Positions 27,933-38,235 are shown, counted from the stretch's first letter. The stretch is DNA of 64,000 nt from Bacteroidota bacterium (GCA_016868535.1 VGGQ01000002.1:8203-72202), one strand, 5' to 3'. The notes: a model not told the origin generated them from the letters alone. A program made the numbers and translations.

Positions 27933-28096
27933 TTTATAAATAACACAATTAACACGGTTTTGTTTTGAAGATTTGCGCTCTGACAGAGCAAATATTACAC
28001 AAAATGCAACAACTTTAAAAATTTGCTTAAAAACAATAATACAAATCAGCATGAAATACACCTTCGTTGATAACTCATACAGTGTTCAAGAGCCAT

Positions 28097-29131
28097 ATGT
28101 ATCCTAACTTGCGGCTCATGCTGAAAAGGCATATTCCCTTAAAATCGCTAAATACCTTTGGTTTTGATGTTGAAGCATCGATGTTTCTTCCGGTAGCGGA
28201 TACAGCTATTTTGCAAAACGTATGGAAAACAAACCTGCTGAGCATGAGCAGTCCGCTTATTTTAGGCAGTGGCAGCAATATACTTTTTAAAGGAGATTAT
28301 CCCGGTTTGATATTGCAAAATCTGATTTCAGGGATAGATGTTGTGAGTGAAAATGAAACTCATGTCTGCATTCGATGCGGAGGCGGCGAAGTATGGCACA
28401 ACGTTGTTATGTATTCGATTCAGCACAATTGGGGCGGACTGGAGAACATGAGCCTGATACCGGGAACCATTGGTGCATCTCCGATTCAAAACATTGGCGC
28501 TTACGGCGCTGAGCTGAAGGATGTTTTTGAGGAACTGGATGCCTTTGACATGTGGTATGGAAATATGGTTAAGCTGAAAGCTGCGGATTGTGCATTCGGA
28601 TATCGGGATAGTATTTTCAAACAATCAGGCAAAGTCCGCTTTTTCATAACGCATGTAACATTGCGGCTTAGTAAAAACCCGCAGGTCAATGTAAGGTATG
28701 GAGACATTGCCTCAATTTTAGAAGAATGGGGCATCACAAAACCCGGCATAGCCGATGTAAGCAGGGCTGTAATTCACATACGCCGTAGCAAACTGCCCGA
28801 TCCCGCCGAATTGGGTAATTGTGGCAGTTTCTTCAAAAATCCGGTGGTGAGAAGGGAAACTGCCGATGCGCTTTGTGCGGCACATCCCGATGCCAAAAGA
28901 TTTGACCAGCCTGATGGAACCACTAAACTTGCGGCCGGCTGGCTCATTGATAAGGCAGGATGGAAAGGATTCCGCCGGGGTGACGCCGGCGTGCATGAAA
29001 AACAGGCCCTGGTTATGGTAAATTATGGAACTGCAACCGGTGCGGAAATTCTGTCGCTGGCGCGGGAAATCGTTGAAGATATTCAGGCAAAATTCCATGT
29101 AACACTGGAGATGGAAGTAAATACCCGCTGA
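28097..29131 (+). CDS. murB: UDP-N-acetylenolpyruvoylglucosamine reductase
   Basis: LKSLNTFGFDVEA..., GSGSNILF and a C-terminal GCIIKN-type region (AAGWLIDKAGWKG) fit MurB. The start is ambiguous: TTG 28067, ATG 28097 or ATG 28118. Confidence 0.85.
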   Translation: MYPNLRLMLKRHIPLKSLNTFGFDVEASMFLPVADTAILQNVWKTNLLSMSSPLILGSGSNILFKGDYPGLILQNLISGIDVVSENETHVCIRCGGGEVWHNVVMYSIQHNWGGLENMSLIPGTIGASPIQNIGAYGAELKDVFEELDAFDMWYGNMVKLKAADCAFGYRDSIFKQSGKVRFFITHVTLRLSKNPQVNVRYGDIASILEEWGITKPGIADVSRAVIHIRRSKLPDPAELGNCGSFFKNPVVRRETADALCAAHPDAKRFDQPDGTTKLAAGWLIDKAGWKGFRRGDAGVHEKQALVMVNYGTATGAEILSLAREIVEDIQAKFHVTLEMEVNTR

Positions 29132-29166
29132 TATTCGGTGATTTTGGTTTAATTTGCATAAAGTTC

Positions 29167-31035
29167 ATGAAAAGGATATCGTTTGCAATTGTCTTACTGT
29201 GGCTGTTACAAACTGCTAATGCACAGGACTTCGAGACCCTGCGCAACCACAAAACACCGCTGTTTCAGGTTTTTGATCCGGCTATTGCCGCCGATGAATG
29301 GCTGAGCGCATTACAGGAAGATCACGAAATGCCGATGCCCTCAGGCATGAAAGAATCGCTGAGAAGAGCAGTAGACGCAGAACGCAGCCGATTCAACCAG
29401 CGCAATATCAAACGCAGGGACAACCTTACGGGGAACCCCACACCGCCGGCTTCCATCTCTCCCAATGATGTGAGAGGCTGGGACGGCACTTCGGGTTCAG
29501 GCACACCCAACGACAACCACATTGCGGTGAGCAACAGCGGCATGGTTATCAGTGTGCTCAATACCATTATCAGGGTATATGACGATCAAGGCAACTGGAA
29601 AAAGCAATGGGGACTGATTCAGTTTGCCAACCAGCAAAAAAAGATTGATGTTTTTCCGACCATGGACAGGGTTTACGATCCACGCGTACTATACGACCCA
29701 ATCGCCGACAGGTTCATCCTCCTGTTCATGCATGGTGTTACCGATACACGAAGTTTTATTGTAGTGGCTTTCAGCCAAACCAATGATCCATTGCAGGGGT
29801 GGAACGTATACAAAATCCCCGGAAAACCTACCAATAACCTTATCTGGAGCGATTATCCCATCGTTACTCACAACACCCACGACGTATTTTTTACCGTAAA
29901 CCTTATCGGAAACGGAGCATCATGGGAAGAAGGATTTACCGAGGCTATTATATGGCAGCTAAACAAGGCCGACGGCTATAATGGAGATACGCTGAGAAAA
30001 GATTATTACTCCAACATTAAATATCAGGGCAAATCTCTGAGAAGCATTTGTGCCATACAGAACAGTCCTATACCGGATGGTAAAGATAATTACTTCATTA
30101 GTGTGAAACCAATCGACAAGATTAATGACACGGTATTTCTGCTCTACATCAACAATACCCAGCAAAGCGGACAGGCCGAGCTGAGCATGAAAGTGCTGGT
30201 ATCGCCGCAGAGATATGGGTTTCCGCCCAGCGCGCTGCAGCCGGATACGTCCTACAAGCTCAGAACCAATGATTGCCGCGTGCTGAGTGCTGTACGAATA
30301 GGAAATCAGATACAATACCTGCAAAATACCATCAATTTTAAAACCATGCAGGCGCACCTCACCCACAACACTATTTATCACACTGTAGGAAATCCTGTGA
30401 TTAAAGCAAGTATGATTACTGACGACTCACTGGATTTGGGATATCCGGCCATTGCTGCTGCCGGTAAAAACACAGATGACCCGAGCACCGTGATTGTTTA
30501 TGTTTACAGCAGCCCCTGGCACTATCCCGGCACAGGCGTTGTGTATCGCAACAGGCTTGGTGAATACAGCAATAAAGTGAAACTGGTGCAGGGCAAAAGC
30601 CTGATTTATTATTCTTTCATTCCCAAAGGCGAACAACGCTGGGGCGATTATGAAGGCATACAAGCAAAATTCAATGAACCCGGGGTGTTCTACACTGTGG
30701 GGTCCTATGGAAAAAACAATAGTATGTTTGCCTGGATTTCCCGCATTACCCTGAAAGATCCGCTGCTAAATTCACCTGTTTCCGAAGTACAGATATTCCC
30801 CGTACCGGCCGCCCAAAATCTTTACATTGAGGTCAAGGTTGAAAAATCCGCTGTTTACAAAGCCACCCTGGTAAATATGCTGGGTCAAAGCGTTAAAAGC
30901 GGATTAAACATTTCGCTTAGCGAAGGCATACATAAATTGAAAATCGATGCTGGACAATTGTCTGCGGGAACATACAATTTGCAATTAACCGCAGACAATG
31001 TGGTGGTACGCAGCCAAAAAATCATTATTCAGTGA
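29167..31035 (+). CDS. secreted protein of unknown function with T9SS C-terminal sorting domain
   Basis: Signal peptide MKRISFAIVLLWLLQTANAQ. The roughly 520-aa passenger has no family motif I recognise, although RWGDYEG and YDPIADRF hint at a propeller-like fold. C-terminal sorting domain: VQIFPVPAAQNLYIEV...GTYNLQLTADNVVVRSQKIIIQ. Confidence 0.7.
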   Translation: MKRISFAIVLLWLLQTANAQDFETLRNHKTPLFQVFDPAIAADEWLSALQEDHEMPMPSGMKESLRRAVDAERSRFNQRNIKRRDNLTGNPTPPASISPNDVRGWDGTSGSGTPNDNHIAVSNSGMVISVLNTIIRVYDDQGNWKKQWGLIQFANQQKKIDVFPTMDRVYDPRVLYDPIADRFILLFMHGVTDTRSFIVVAFSQTNDPLQGWNVYKIPGKPTNNLIWSDYPIVTHNTHDVFFTVNLIGNGASWEEGFTEAIIWQLNKADGYNGDTLRKDYYSNIKYQGKSLRSICAIQNSPIPDGKDNYFISVKPIDKINDTVFLLYINNTQQSGQAELSMKVLVSPQRYGFPPSALQPDTSYKLRTNDCRVLSAVRIGNQIQYLQNTINFKTMQAHLTHNTIYHTVGNPVIKASMITDDSLDLGYPAIAAAGKNTDDPSTVIVYVYSSPWHYPGTGVVYRNRLGEYSNKVKLVQGKSLIYYSFIPKGEQRWGDYEGIQAKFNEPGVFYTVGSYGKNNSMFAWISRITLKDPLLNSPVSEVQIFPVPAAQNLYIEVKVEKSAVYKATLVNMLGQSVKSGLNISLSEGIHKLKIDAGQLSAGTYNLQLTADNVVVRSQKIIIQ

Positions 31036-31715
31036 GCAGCGAACCCAGGCCACCGGGCGAGATTCTTCTCATCAACAAGCCTTATGGGTGGACATCCTTT
31101 CAGGTAGTTAAAAAGATAAAGTGGGTTACCCGTGCAAAGCGCGTAGGGCATACCGGCACATTGGATCCGCTGGCAACAGGATTGCTGTTGGTTTGCACGG
31201 AAGGGAGCACACGAAAAATTCAGGAACTGCAGGACCAGGAAAAGGAATACACTGGAACCATTACTTTGGGCAGCACTACACCCAGCTATGACCTTGAAAC
31301 GGAACCCAACGCCTTCTTTCCGATTGACCACATTACTGAAGCCATGATCAGGGGAAAAACGGCAGATTTTACAGGCTTGATTTCGCAGCAGCCTCCTGTT
31401 TTTTCGGCCATTAAAGTAGATGGAAAAAGGGCTTATAAACTCGCCAGAGAAGGTGTTGCCACCGAGATGAGGTTGAGGGAAATTAGCATAAGGGAATTTG
31501 AGATTACAGGTATCACCTTACCGTATGTACATTTCAGGGTGGTGTGCAACAAAGGCACTTACATACGTTCGCTTGCACATGATTTTGCACAGGCGCTGGG
31601 CAGCGGTGGGCATCTTTCGGCGCTTTGCCGCACCCGTATAGGCGAGCACCGCTTGACCAATGCTGTTTCTCCCAAAGATTTGGAAGAAACCCAAAAAAGC
31701 AAGTCGGAAAAATAA
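31032..31715 (+). CDS. truB: tRNA pseudouridine(55) synthase
   Basis: LINKPYGWTSFQVV and the catalytic motif GHTGTLDPLATGLL. GTG start overlapping the previous stop. Confidence 0.9.
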   Translation: MSSEPRPPGEILLINKPYGWTSFQVVKKIKWVTRAKRVGHTGTLDPLATGLLLVCTEGSTRKIQELQDQEKEYTGTITLGSTTPSYDLETEPNAFFPIDHITEAMIRGKTADFTGLISQQPPVFSAIKVDGKRAYKLAREGVATEMRLREISIREFEITGITLPYVHFRVVCNKGTYIRSLAHDFAQALGSGGHLSALCRTRIGEHRLTNAVSPKDLEETQKSKSEK

Positions 31716-31761
31716 CTTGACCATTGTAAAGTTTGGGACGATATTTGCTTAATTCGTTTCA

Positions 31762-32982
31762 ATGTCATTCAACAAGATAAAAATCGGGATCTGGGCAGCA
31801 GCATTCATGCTGCTGACTCCGTCCGTGTTTTCCTGCAACAACGCCAAGGCCGGCAATAAATCTTCCCGTTTTGAAAACTGGATCAACGACCTGTTGACCC
31901 GTCAGGAAGGTTCACTGGAAAAAGTGAAAGATGGCTTTACCATTCAGGGAAACATTAAAGACAGGCCCAACAACCTGGTGGTTTTGCTGGAAGTAACCGC
32001 CTCAGGTCAGCAATTGATTGACAGTGCCAGAACCGACGCGAAAGGCAACTTTACCATTGCTGGCAACGTTACAGAAAGTGTAATATGCCAGTTGCAGTGG
32101 GACGAAAGCAGCCTCATTTACCTGATTATTGACAACAAAACCCAGGCAAAAGTAGAATGCTTAGGCAGCGGCTTGGATGTGAGCTACGCGCTTTCAGGAA
32201 AAGGCATTGAAAGCAGTTCAGAACTTAAACAGCTGGTAGACTTGAACGTTTCCTACATTATTAAACTTCAGAACATTGAGAACAGGGCACGCGGTCTGAC
32301 CAATTCGCCAGAGAATTATGCCATTGGACAACAACTGCAGAAAGAGTATTATCAGTTACTGGGCGAACGTAAAAAGAATGTAACAAACCTGGTATTGGGC
32401 ATGAAAAAGTCTCCCGTACCCTATTTTGTTATTGCAACCCAAATGTTAGAAGACATTGAGTTCCCGTTGCTTGAGCACGCTTATCAGTCGCTGAAAACTT
32501 ACTCTCCGGGTGGAAAGTATATGGCGGAAATGACTTCCAAATATGAGAAAGAGAAAGTGCTGGCTATTGGTGCTGTGGCGCCTGACATAAAATTAAAACA
32601 ACCCGATGGCACTGAAATTGCCCTAAGCAGCCTGCGTGGCAAAGTGGTGCTGATTGATTTCTGGGCATCGTGGTGTGGCCCTTGCAGAAGGGAGAATCCT
32701 TTTAATGTGAAAATGTACGATGATTTCAAGGACAAAGGGTTCGAGATTTTCGGCGTCTCGCTGGACAGTGAGGCGGGTCGCTGGAAAAGTGCCATTGCGA
32801 ATGATTCACTGGTATGGAAACATGTAAGTGACCTGGGCGGATGGCAAAGTGCCCCGGCCAAAATTTATCAGGTTAGTAGTATCCCCGCTACGTATTTGCT
32901 GGATAAGGACGGAAAGATCATAGCCAAAGGATTGCGTGGAGAAAACCTGTATGCCAAATTGCAGGAAGTTTTTGCCCAGTAA
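31762..32982 (+). CDS. TlpA/AhpC-family thiol-disulfide oxidoreductase with N-terminal DUF4369-like domain
   Basis: Lipoprotein-like signal (LLTPSVFSC). The C-terminal thioredoxin fold has VVLIDFWASWCGPCRRENP. Confidence 0.8.
   Translation: MSFNKIKIGIWAAAFMLLTPSVFSCNNAKAGNKSSRFENWINDLLTRQEGSLEKVKDGFTIQGNIKDRPNNLVVLLEVTASGQQLIDSARTDAKGNFTIAGNVTESVICQLQWDESSLIYLIIDNKTQAKVECLGSGLDVSYALSGKGIESSSELKQLVDLNVSYIIKLQNIENRARGLTNSPENYAIGQQLQKEYYQLLGERKKNVTNLVLGMKKSPVPYFVIATQMLEDIEFPLLEHAYQSLKTYSPGGKYMAEMTSKYEKEKVLAIGAVAPDIKLKQPDGTEIALSSLRGKVVLIDFWASWCGPCRRENPFNVKMYDDFKDKGFEIFGVSLDSEAGRWKSAIANDSLVWKHVSDLGGWQSAPAKIYQVSSIPATYLLDKDGKIIAKGLRGENLYAKLQEVFAQ
32607..32621 (+). promoter_or_regulatory. sigma-54 -24/-12-like element (TGGCAC-N5-TTGC), intragenic
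   Basis: TGGCACTGAAATTGC matches the consensus exactly, with correct GG-N10-GC spacing. It lies inside the TlpA-like CDS, about 440 nt upstream of the response regulator gene. It may be a chance match. Confidence 0.2.
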
Positions 32983-33057
32983 TCCAAACTTTTATTAATA
33001 ATAAGATAATAATAGCGTTAAGAGACAATAACAAATCCATCATTGTTTTGAGGCTTG

Positions 33058-33747
33058 ATGGTAAAAAATATGCCTAAAATCCTGGTAGTCGATGACGAGC
33101 TGGATATTCTTGAAATTATTAGGCACGCCCTGAACAAGGAAGGCTTTGAAGTTCATATTGCCGCCAATGGTTTTCAGGCAGTTGAACAAACACGCAAAAT
33201 AAAGCCCGACCTTATTCTGATGGATGTGATGATGCCTGTGATGGACGGGATGGAGGCATGCAGACAATTAAAAGAAGATAACGACACCAAAAATATTCCT
33301 ATCGTATTTCTTACTGCCCGGAGCGAAGAATTTGCAGAACTGGCAGGCTTTGAGGCCGGTGCCGATGACTATATTTCAAAGCCCATACGCCCAAGGGTGC
33401 TCATGTCACGCCTGAAGGCTATCCTGCGACGCAGAAATGCCATTCAAAGTGCCACACACGAAATTATCGATTTCGGTGATTTGAAAATAGACAGGGAACG
33501 CTTTGTTGTTGAGTTCAAAGGCAAATCACTGCAGTTTCCCCGCAAGGAATTCGAACTCCTCTCCTTCCTCGCCAGCCGTCCGGGCAGGGTTTTCAGCCGC
33601 GATGAAATTCTCGAAAATGTATGGGGCAATGAAGTGGTTGTGTTAGACCGCACCATTGACGTGCATGTGCGCAAAATCCGCGAGAAGCTCGAAGAGCGCT
33701 ATATTTACACAGTCAAGGGTGTGGGTTATAAATTTGAAGCCTCCTGA
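33058..33747 (+). CDS. OmpR/PhoB-type response regulator (receiver plus winged-helix)
   Basis: ILVVDDE...DLILMDVMMPVMDG receiver domain and a trans_reg_C domain (RKEFELLSFLASRPGRVFSRDEILENVWG). The start is ATG 33058 or 33070. No histidine kinase gene is adjacent. Confidence 0.88.
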   Translation: MVKNMPKILVVDDELDILEIIRHALNKEGFEVHIAANGFQAVEQTRKIKPDLILMDVMMPVMDGMEACRQLKEDNDTKNIPIVFLTARSEEFAELAGFEAGADDYISKPIRPRVLMSRLKAILRRRNAIQSATHEIIDFGDLKIDRERFVVEFKGKSLQFPRKEFELLSFLASRPGRVFSRDEILENVWGNEVVVLDRTIDVHVRKIREKLEERYIYTVKGVGYKFEAS

Positions 33748-34943
33748 TTCTTCAGCGCATGCATTAATCCTGTGGCTTTTTGCAGACACTCATTGTATTC
33801 GTCATCCGGAATACTGTCGAAAGTGATGGCTCCGCCCACGTGGTAGAACATTTTATCGGCGGTGGTATCTAGTTGCAGTGACCGTATCACCACATTCAAG
33901 TCAAAATCCCCGTTTTCCCAGTAGCCAAGACAGCCCGAATACCAACACCGGCTAAAGTTCTCAAAACGCTCTATATCTTTCATGACCTGAATTTTGGGTG
34001 CACCGGTCATGCTGCCCATAGGAAAAGATGCCTTCAAGATTTCTGCAAAACCATTTTCCGGTTGTATTTCACCGGACACGGTGCTTATCATCTGATGAAC
34101 GTGGCTAAAAGAATACACCTCGCAAAGCTCAGGTACAACTACTGTACCAGGTTTACAAACCCGGCTCAGATCGTTGCGCTGCAAATCCACAATCATAATA
34201 TTCTCGGCGCGGTCTTTCGCACTGTTTGTAAGCGATTCTTTTACCTGCGCGTCTTCAGCGGGATCTTCCTGCCTTTTGCGTGTTCCTTTGATGGGTTGCG
34301 CAATCAGTGTATTGTTTCTTTTAGCCAGAAAACGCTCCGGGCTTGAACAAAGCAGGTATTTATCGCGATATTTAAAAAATGTGGCAAACGGTGCCGGTGC
34401 GGTATGGTTTAATTCTGCAAACATCGCATACGGATTGAGGCAACTGTTGCATTCAAACTGCAGGCAGTAGTTCATCTCATAAAAATCGCCGTTTTTAATG
34501 CATTCCCTGATTTGATCTACATGCTGCAGATACTTTTCCCGTGGTGTGCTGCAAACGAATTGCGCTGATACCTTCTTTTGGGGAAACGGAACTGCTCCCG
34601 GTAGTGAAAAATTGGATTCTTGAACACCCTTTTTCCGCGCTGATTTGAAGTAAAACTGAGGCTCAAAAAAATAAAAATCCGGAACGGAGACAGCCTGCGG
34701 ATGCTGCGAAGCCAAGTCTTCAATCTTGTTTTTGTAATCATAACTGCAAAAACCCATTTTCAGCGTATCGGAATGCAAAATTGCCTCCGGCGAATGATAG
34801 GCTGCCTTCTCGCCGAATCCGGCCAGAAAATCGAAACGCCCGTAAGGATCATCAAAGTCATTTGACACACAGATGCAGGCTATATAATGATTTTGGGCCT
34901 CGGTAAGCAATTGCAGCAAGGTATATTGGTTATCCGTTTTCAT
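33726..34943 (-). CDS. pabB: aminodeoxychorismate synthase component I (chorismate-binding enzyme)
   Basis: SSPERFL, PIKGTRKR, IMIVDLQRNDLSRVC and FPMGSMTGAPK motifs. 405 aa. Confidence 0.8.
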   Translation of the reverse strand: MKTDNQYTLLQLLTEAQNHYIACICVSNDFDDPYGRFDFLAGFGEKAAYHSPEAILHSDTLKMGFCSYDYKNKIEDLASQHPQAVSVPDFYFFEPQFYFKSARKKGVQESNFSLPGAVPFPQKKVSAQFVCSTPREKYLQHVDQIRECIKNGDFYEMNYCLQFECNSCLNPYAMFAELNHTAPAPFATFFKYRDKYLLCSSPERFLAKRNNTLIAQPIKGTRKRQEDPAEDAQVKESLTNSAKDRAENIMIVDLQRNDLSRVCKPGTVVVPELCEVYSFSHVHQMISTVSGEIQPENGFAEILKASFPMGSMTGAPKIQVMKDIERFENFSRCWYSGCLGYWENGDFDLNVVIRSLQLDTTADKMFYHVGGAITFDSIPDDEYNECLQKATGLMHALKNQEASNL

Positions 34944-36744
34944 GCGCTGTAGGGTGAAAATGCCTAAAAACCACTATCGCCTTCTTTTCGCCTATAACTG
35001 CCGATAATTCAGTAAGACCTGCTACACGTATCTTACCCACCGATTTGAAGCTTTTAAGCAGCAATGCCGCCGTTTCAGAACCTATTCCTGGGATGTGGGT
35101 TAAGGCAGATTTAACCAGTCCTTTGCTTCTTCTGTTTCGGTGGTGGGTGATGCCAAATCTGTGCGCCTCATCGCGCATTTGCTGAATCACTTTGAGTGTT
35201 TCTGACTTTTTATCGAGGTACAATGGCAGTGAATCTTCCGGATAATACAACTCTTCCAGCCGTTTGGCAATGCCGATTACTGCCACTTTACCGTAAATAC
35301 CCAGTTGCTTCAGCACCTCCACTGCCGCGCTAAGCTGACCTTTTCCACCATCAATGAGAATAAGTTGTGGCAGGGATTTGTTTTCCTCAATGAGCCGGCT
35401 GTAGCGCCTTTGGATAACCTCTCGCATGGTGGCAAAATCGTTAGGACCCTCCACAGTTTTCACGTTAAAGTGTCTGTATTCCGATTTGGTGGGCTTCCCA
35501 TCATTAAAAACCACGCAGGCGGATACCGGATACGTTCCCTGAAAGTTACTGTTATCAAAGCACTCCATGTGCCGTGGTTGCGCCTGTAAGCGCAAATCCT
35601 TGCGCATTTGTTCCATCAGGCGGTCAATCCGGACTTCAGGGTTCAGTTTTTCATACTGATTGAGTTTTTCCTGCCGGAACAGCATGGCATTTTTCAAACT
35701 CAGTTCAAGGAGTTTTCTGCGGTCGCCTGCTTTGGGTACAGACCAATTAACAAAAGCATCGGCATCAGTTTCCGGCGGGAAGGGCAATATCCATTCCGCC
35801 GGCAGCTCATCGGCATACAGCACCTGTATTTCAACAATGGTCTGCTGCATAATGTCTGCATCCGTTTCATCCAATTTCTTTTTCACCTCCAAGTTGTGGG
35901 TGCGCACAATAATTCCTTCAGCTACATAAAGCACATTCACAAAAGCAAATTTATCGGTGCTACTAACACCAAATACAGCCACATTGCCCCTAAGTGAAGT
36001 TACAACGGTGCTTTTGTGGCGGTAATTTTCCAGTGCATCCAGTTTTTCCTTGCATTGCTGTGCTTCTTCAAAGCGCAATTCGCCGGCAGCAGTCTGCATT
36101 TCAGCACGGAGATGTTTTTTTATTTCACCCAGATTGCCCCGTAATAATTGTTTAATCTGCTGTATGCTGTTGTTGTAATCATTCTCGGATTGTTTGCCTT
36201 CGCAAGGCCCGAGGCAATTTCCAATCTGGTATTCCAGACAAATGGAGAATTTGCTCTGTGCAATTTTTTCGGGGGTCATCTGCAGATTGCAGTTTCTTGT
36301 GGGATAAAGCTTTCTGGCCAGATCCAGCACGGTGTTCATGACCTTAGGTGAAGCATAGGGCCCGAAATACAACGATCCGTCCTGCAGAGGATTTCGCATC
36401 GCGTACACTTTGGGAAATCGTTCATTGGTAACGCGGATATACGGATAGCTCTTATCGTCTTTAAGGTTGATGTTGTATCGTGGCTGAAATTCTTTAATAA
36501 GGCTATTTTCCAGCAGCAGGGCGTCCCATTCTGTTTCAACAACCGTAAAATCTATATGGGAAATTTTCTTCACCAACACTCCGGTTTTGCGGTTGTCGTG
36601 CTGCTTGGTGAAATAACTATTCACCCTTTTTTTCAGATTACGGGCTTTCCCCACATAAATAATCACCCCACTTTCATCAAAATACTTGTACACCCCCGGT
36701 TTTTCGGGCAATGTTCTTAACCGCTGTTTTAGAAGATCCTGCAT
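34930..36744 (-). CDS. uvrC: excinuclease ABC subunit C
   Basis: GIY-YIG N-terminus (GVYKYFDESGVIIYVGKARNLKKRVNSYF), a UVR domain, and a C-terminal endonuclease with HhH. 604 aa. Confidence 0.93.
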   Translation of the reverse strand: MQDLLKQRLRTLPEKPGVYKYFDESGVIIYVGKARNLKKRVNSYFTKQHDNRKTGVLVKKISHIDFTVVETEWDALLLENSLIKEFQPRYNINLKDDKSYPYIRVTNERFPKVYAMRNPLQDGSLYFGPYASPKVMNTVLDLARKLYPTRNCNLQMTPEKIAQSKFSICLEYQIGNCLGPCEGKQSENDYNNSIQQIKQLLRGNLGEIKKHLRAEMQTAAGELRFEEAQQCKEKLDALENYRHKSTVVTSLRGNVAVFGVSSTDKFAFVNVLYVAEGIIVRTHNLEVKKKLDETDADIMQQTIVEIQVLYADELPAEWILPFPPETDADAFVNWSVPKAGDRRKLLELSLKNAMLFRQEKLNQYEKLNPEVRIDRLMEQMRKDLRLQAQPRHMECFDNSNFQGTYPVSACVVFNDGKPTKSEYRHFNVKTVEGPNDFATMREVIQRRYSRLIEENKSLPQLILIDGGKGQLSAAVEVLKQLGIYGKVAVIGIAKRLEELYYPEDSLPLYLDKKSETLKVIQQMRDEAHRFGITHHRNRRSKGLVKSALTHIPGIGSETAALLLKSFKSVGKIRVAGLTELSAVIGEKKAIVVFRHFHPTAHENG

Positions 36745-36752
36745 TCGCCTTG

Positions 36753-37583
36753 TTACAACAATTCTATGCGACGCGAAGAAACCGATTTGCCGTAAAAAAC
36801 AGTAGCCTGTTTATCGAAGTTTTCTGCACGGTCTGTGGTAGTGAAATTTCGGGTTGAACCCTTACTCAACCTTGACCGCATATCCGAATGTCGCTCCAGG
36901 TAGTGCACCAGGCTCTCCGCAACGATGCTTCCCTGCTCAAAAACCCGCATACCTTCCGGTATGTATTTATTAATTTTATCCAGCAAGAGCGGGTAATGGG
37001 TGCATGCGAGGAAAACAGTATCCAAATTGGGGCATTGTGTCAACAATTTATTTATGTTTTGCTTCACGAAGTAATCGGCACCGGGTTTATCGTGCTCATT
37101 ATTCTCCACCAGCGGCACCCACATGGGGCAGGCTTCCTGATAAACCTTTACTTCGGGAAAGAATTTTTGCAGTTCAAGAATGTATGAATGCGATGATACC
37201 GTTCCCTGCGTTCCAAAAATCCCTATATTGCCGGTTTTTGTGAGGTTCCCAGCTATTTCAGCCGTAGGTCTGATAACACCGAGAACCCGTCTTGCAGGAT
37301 CCATGCCAGGCAAATCTTTTTGCTGTATGTTGCGCAAAGCTTTGGCAGAAGCCGTGTTGCAGGCCAGAATCACCAGCGGACAGCCTTGCTCGAAAAGCCA
37401 TTTCACAGCCTGCAAAGTGTATTCATACACCGTGTCAAAGGAGCGTGTACCATAAGGCGCACGGGCATTGTCGCCGAGATACAAATAATCATATTGTGGC
37501 AGTGCTTTTTCCAATTCCTTCAATACGGTCAAACCGCCATACCCGGAATCAAAAACACCGATGGGTGCTGATTTGTGCTCCAC
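36753..37583 (-). CDS. murI: glutamate racemase
   Basis: IGVFDSGYGGLTV, ILACNTASA and FLACTHYPLL motifs. GTG start. Confidence 0.9.
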   Translation of the reverse strand: MEHKSAPIGVFDSGYGGLTVLKELEKALPQYDYLYLGDNARAPYGTRSFDTVYEYTLQAVKWLFEQGCPLVILACNTASAKALRNIQQKDLPGMDPARRVLGVIRPTAEIAGNLTKTGNIGIFGTQGTVSSHSYILELQKFFPEVKVYQEACPMWVPLVENNEHDKPGADYFVKQNINKLLTQCPNLDTVFLACTHYPLLLDKINKYIPEGMRVFEQGSIVAESLVHYLERHSDMRSRLSKGSTRNFTTTDRAENFDKQATVFYGKSVSSRRIELL

Positions 37584-37613
37584 GTATGCAAAACAAGGTA
37601 TGGAAGGCCAAAT

Positions 37614-37646
37614 AAAAAAGTCCTGATAAGGTTATCAGGACTTTTT
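37614..37646. terminator. bidirectional rho-independent terminator between the ompH genes and murI
   Basis: A6-gtcctgata(a)-gg-(t)tatcaggac-T5. It lies just downstream of the ompH 3' end at 37666. Confidence 0.75.
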
Positions 37647-37665
37647 ATATGAGTTGAACTGAAAT

Positions 37666-38223
37666 TTATTTTGAACCGGCGGGTTTGGGCGGTACCGGAT
37701 ATTTGGCAAGCATGTGCTTGATAACAGCTGCGGTTATATCATCAGCATCATTGAGGTTATATAAAACCATACCACCGGTATTGTTCAGCACCATATTGTT
37801 CAGCACCAGGATATATCCTTTGGACTTTCCAACATACCCGGCAGATTTTTTAATCAAATCGTAAACCGGCTGCATCTTTTCCTTTTCTTTATCCATCAGC
37901 TGCTTCTGAGCATCCTGTTCGGTGCGCTGATATTCTTCCACAAGGGTCTGGTAACGCTTGGCCAGCAGTTCTTTACGAACCTGTGAAGTAGAGGGATCGG
38001 CATTGATAGCATCGTAAGCCGCTTTTGCCTTGTCGATTTCACCGGCCAGATCGGTAAGATCCAGCTGCAGTTTACCTGCATACTTGTAGAGTTGTTCGCG
38101 AACGCTGTCGGTTTCAGGAAGGGTATCCAAAACGGTTTGCATGTTCAGATAAGCGATTTTCTGGGCACTTGCAGAACCCATGAACAGGGTTGCAATGGCC
38201 AGAACAGAGAGAATTTTTTTCAT
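37666..38223 (-). CDS. OmpH/Skp-family periplasmic chaperone
   Basis: Signal peptide and a coiled-coil rich in K/E/Q. It sits in the typical Bacteroidota tandem ompH pair upstream of murI. Confidence 0.8.
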   Translation of the reverse strand: MKKILSVLAIATLFMGSASAQKIAYLNMQTVLDTLPETDSVREQLYKYAGKLQLDLTDLAGEIDKAKAAYDAINADPSTSQVRKELLAKRYQTLVEEYQRTEQDAQKQLMDKEKEKMQPVYDLIKKSAGYVGKSKGYILVLNNMVLNNTGGMVLYNLNDADDITAAVIKHMLAKYPVPPKPAGSK

Positions 38224-38235
38224 ATAGTATTGTTA

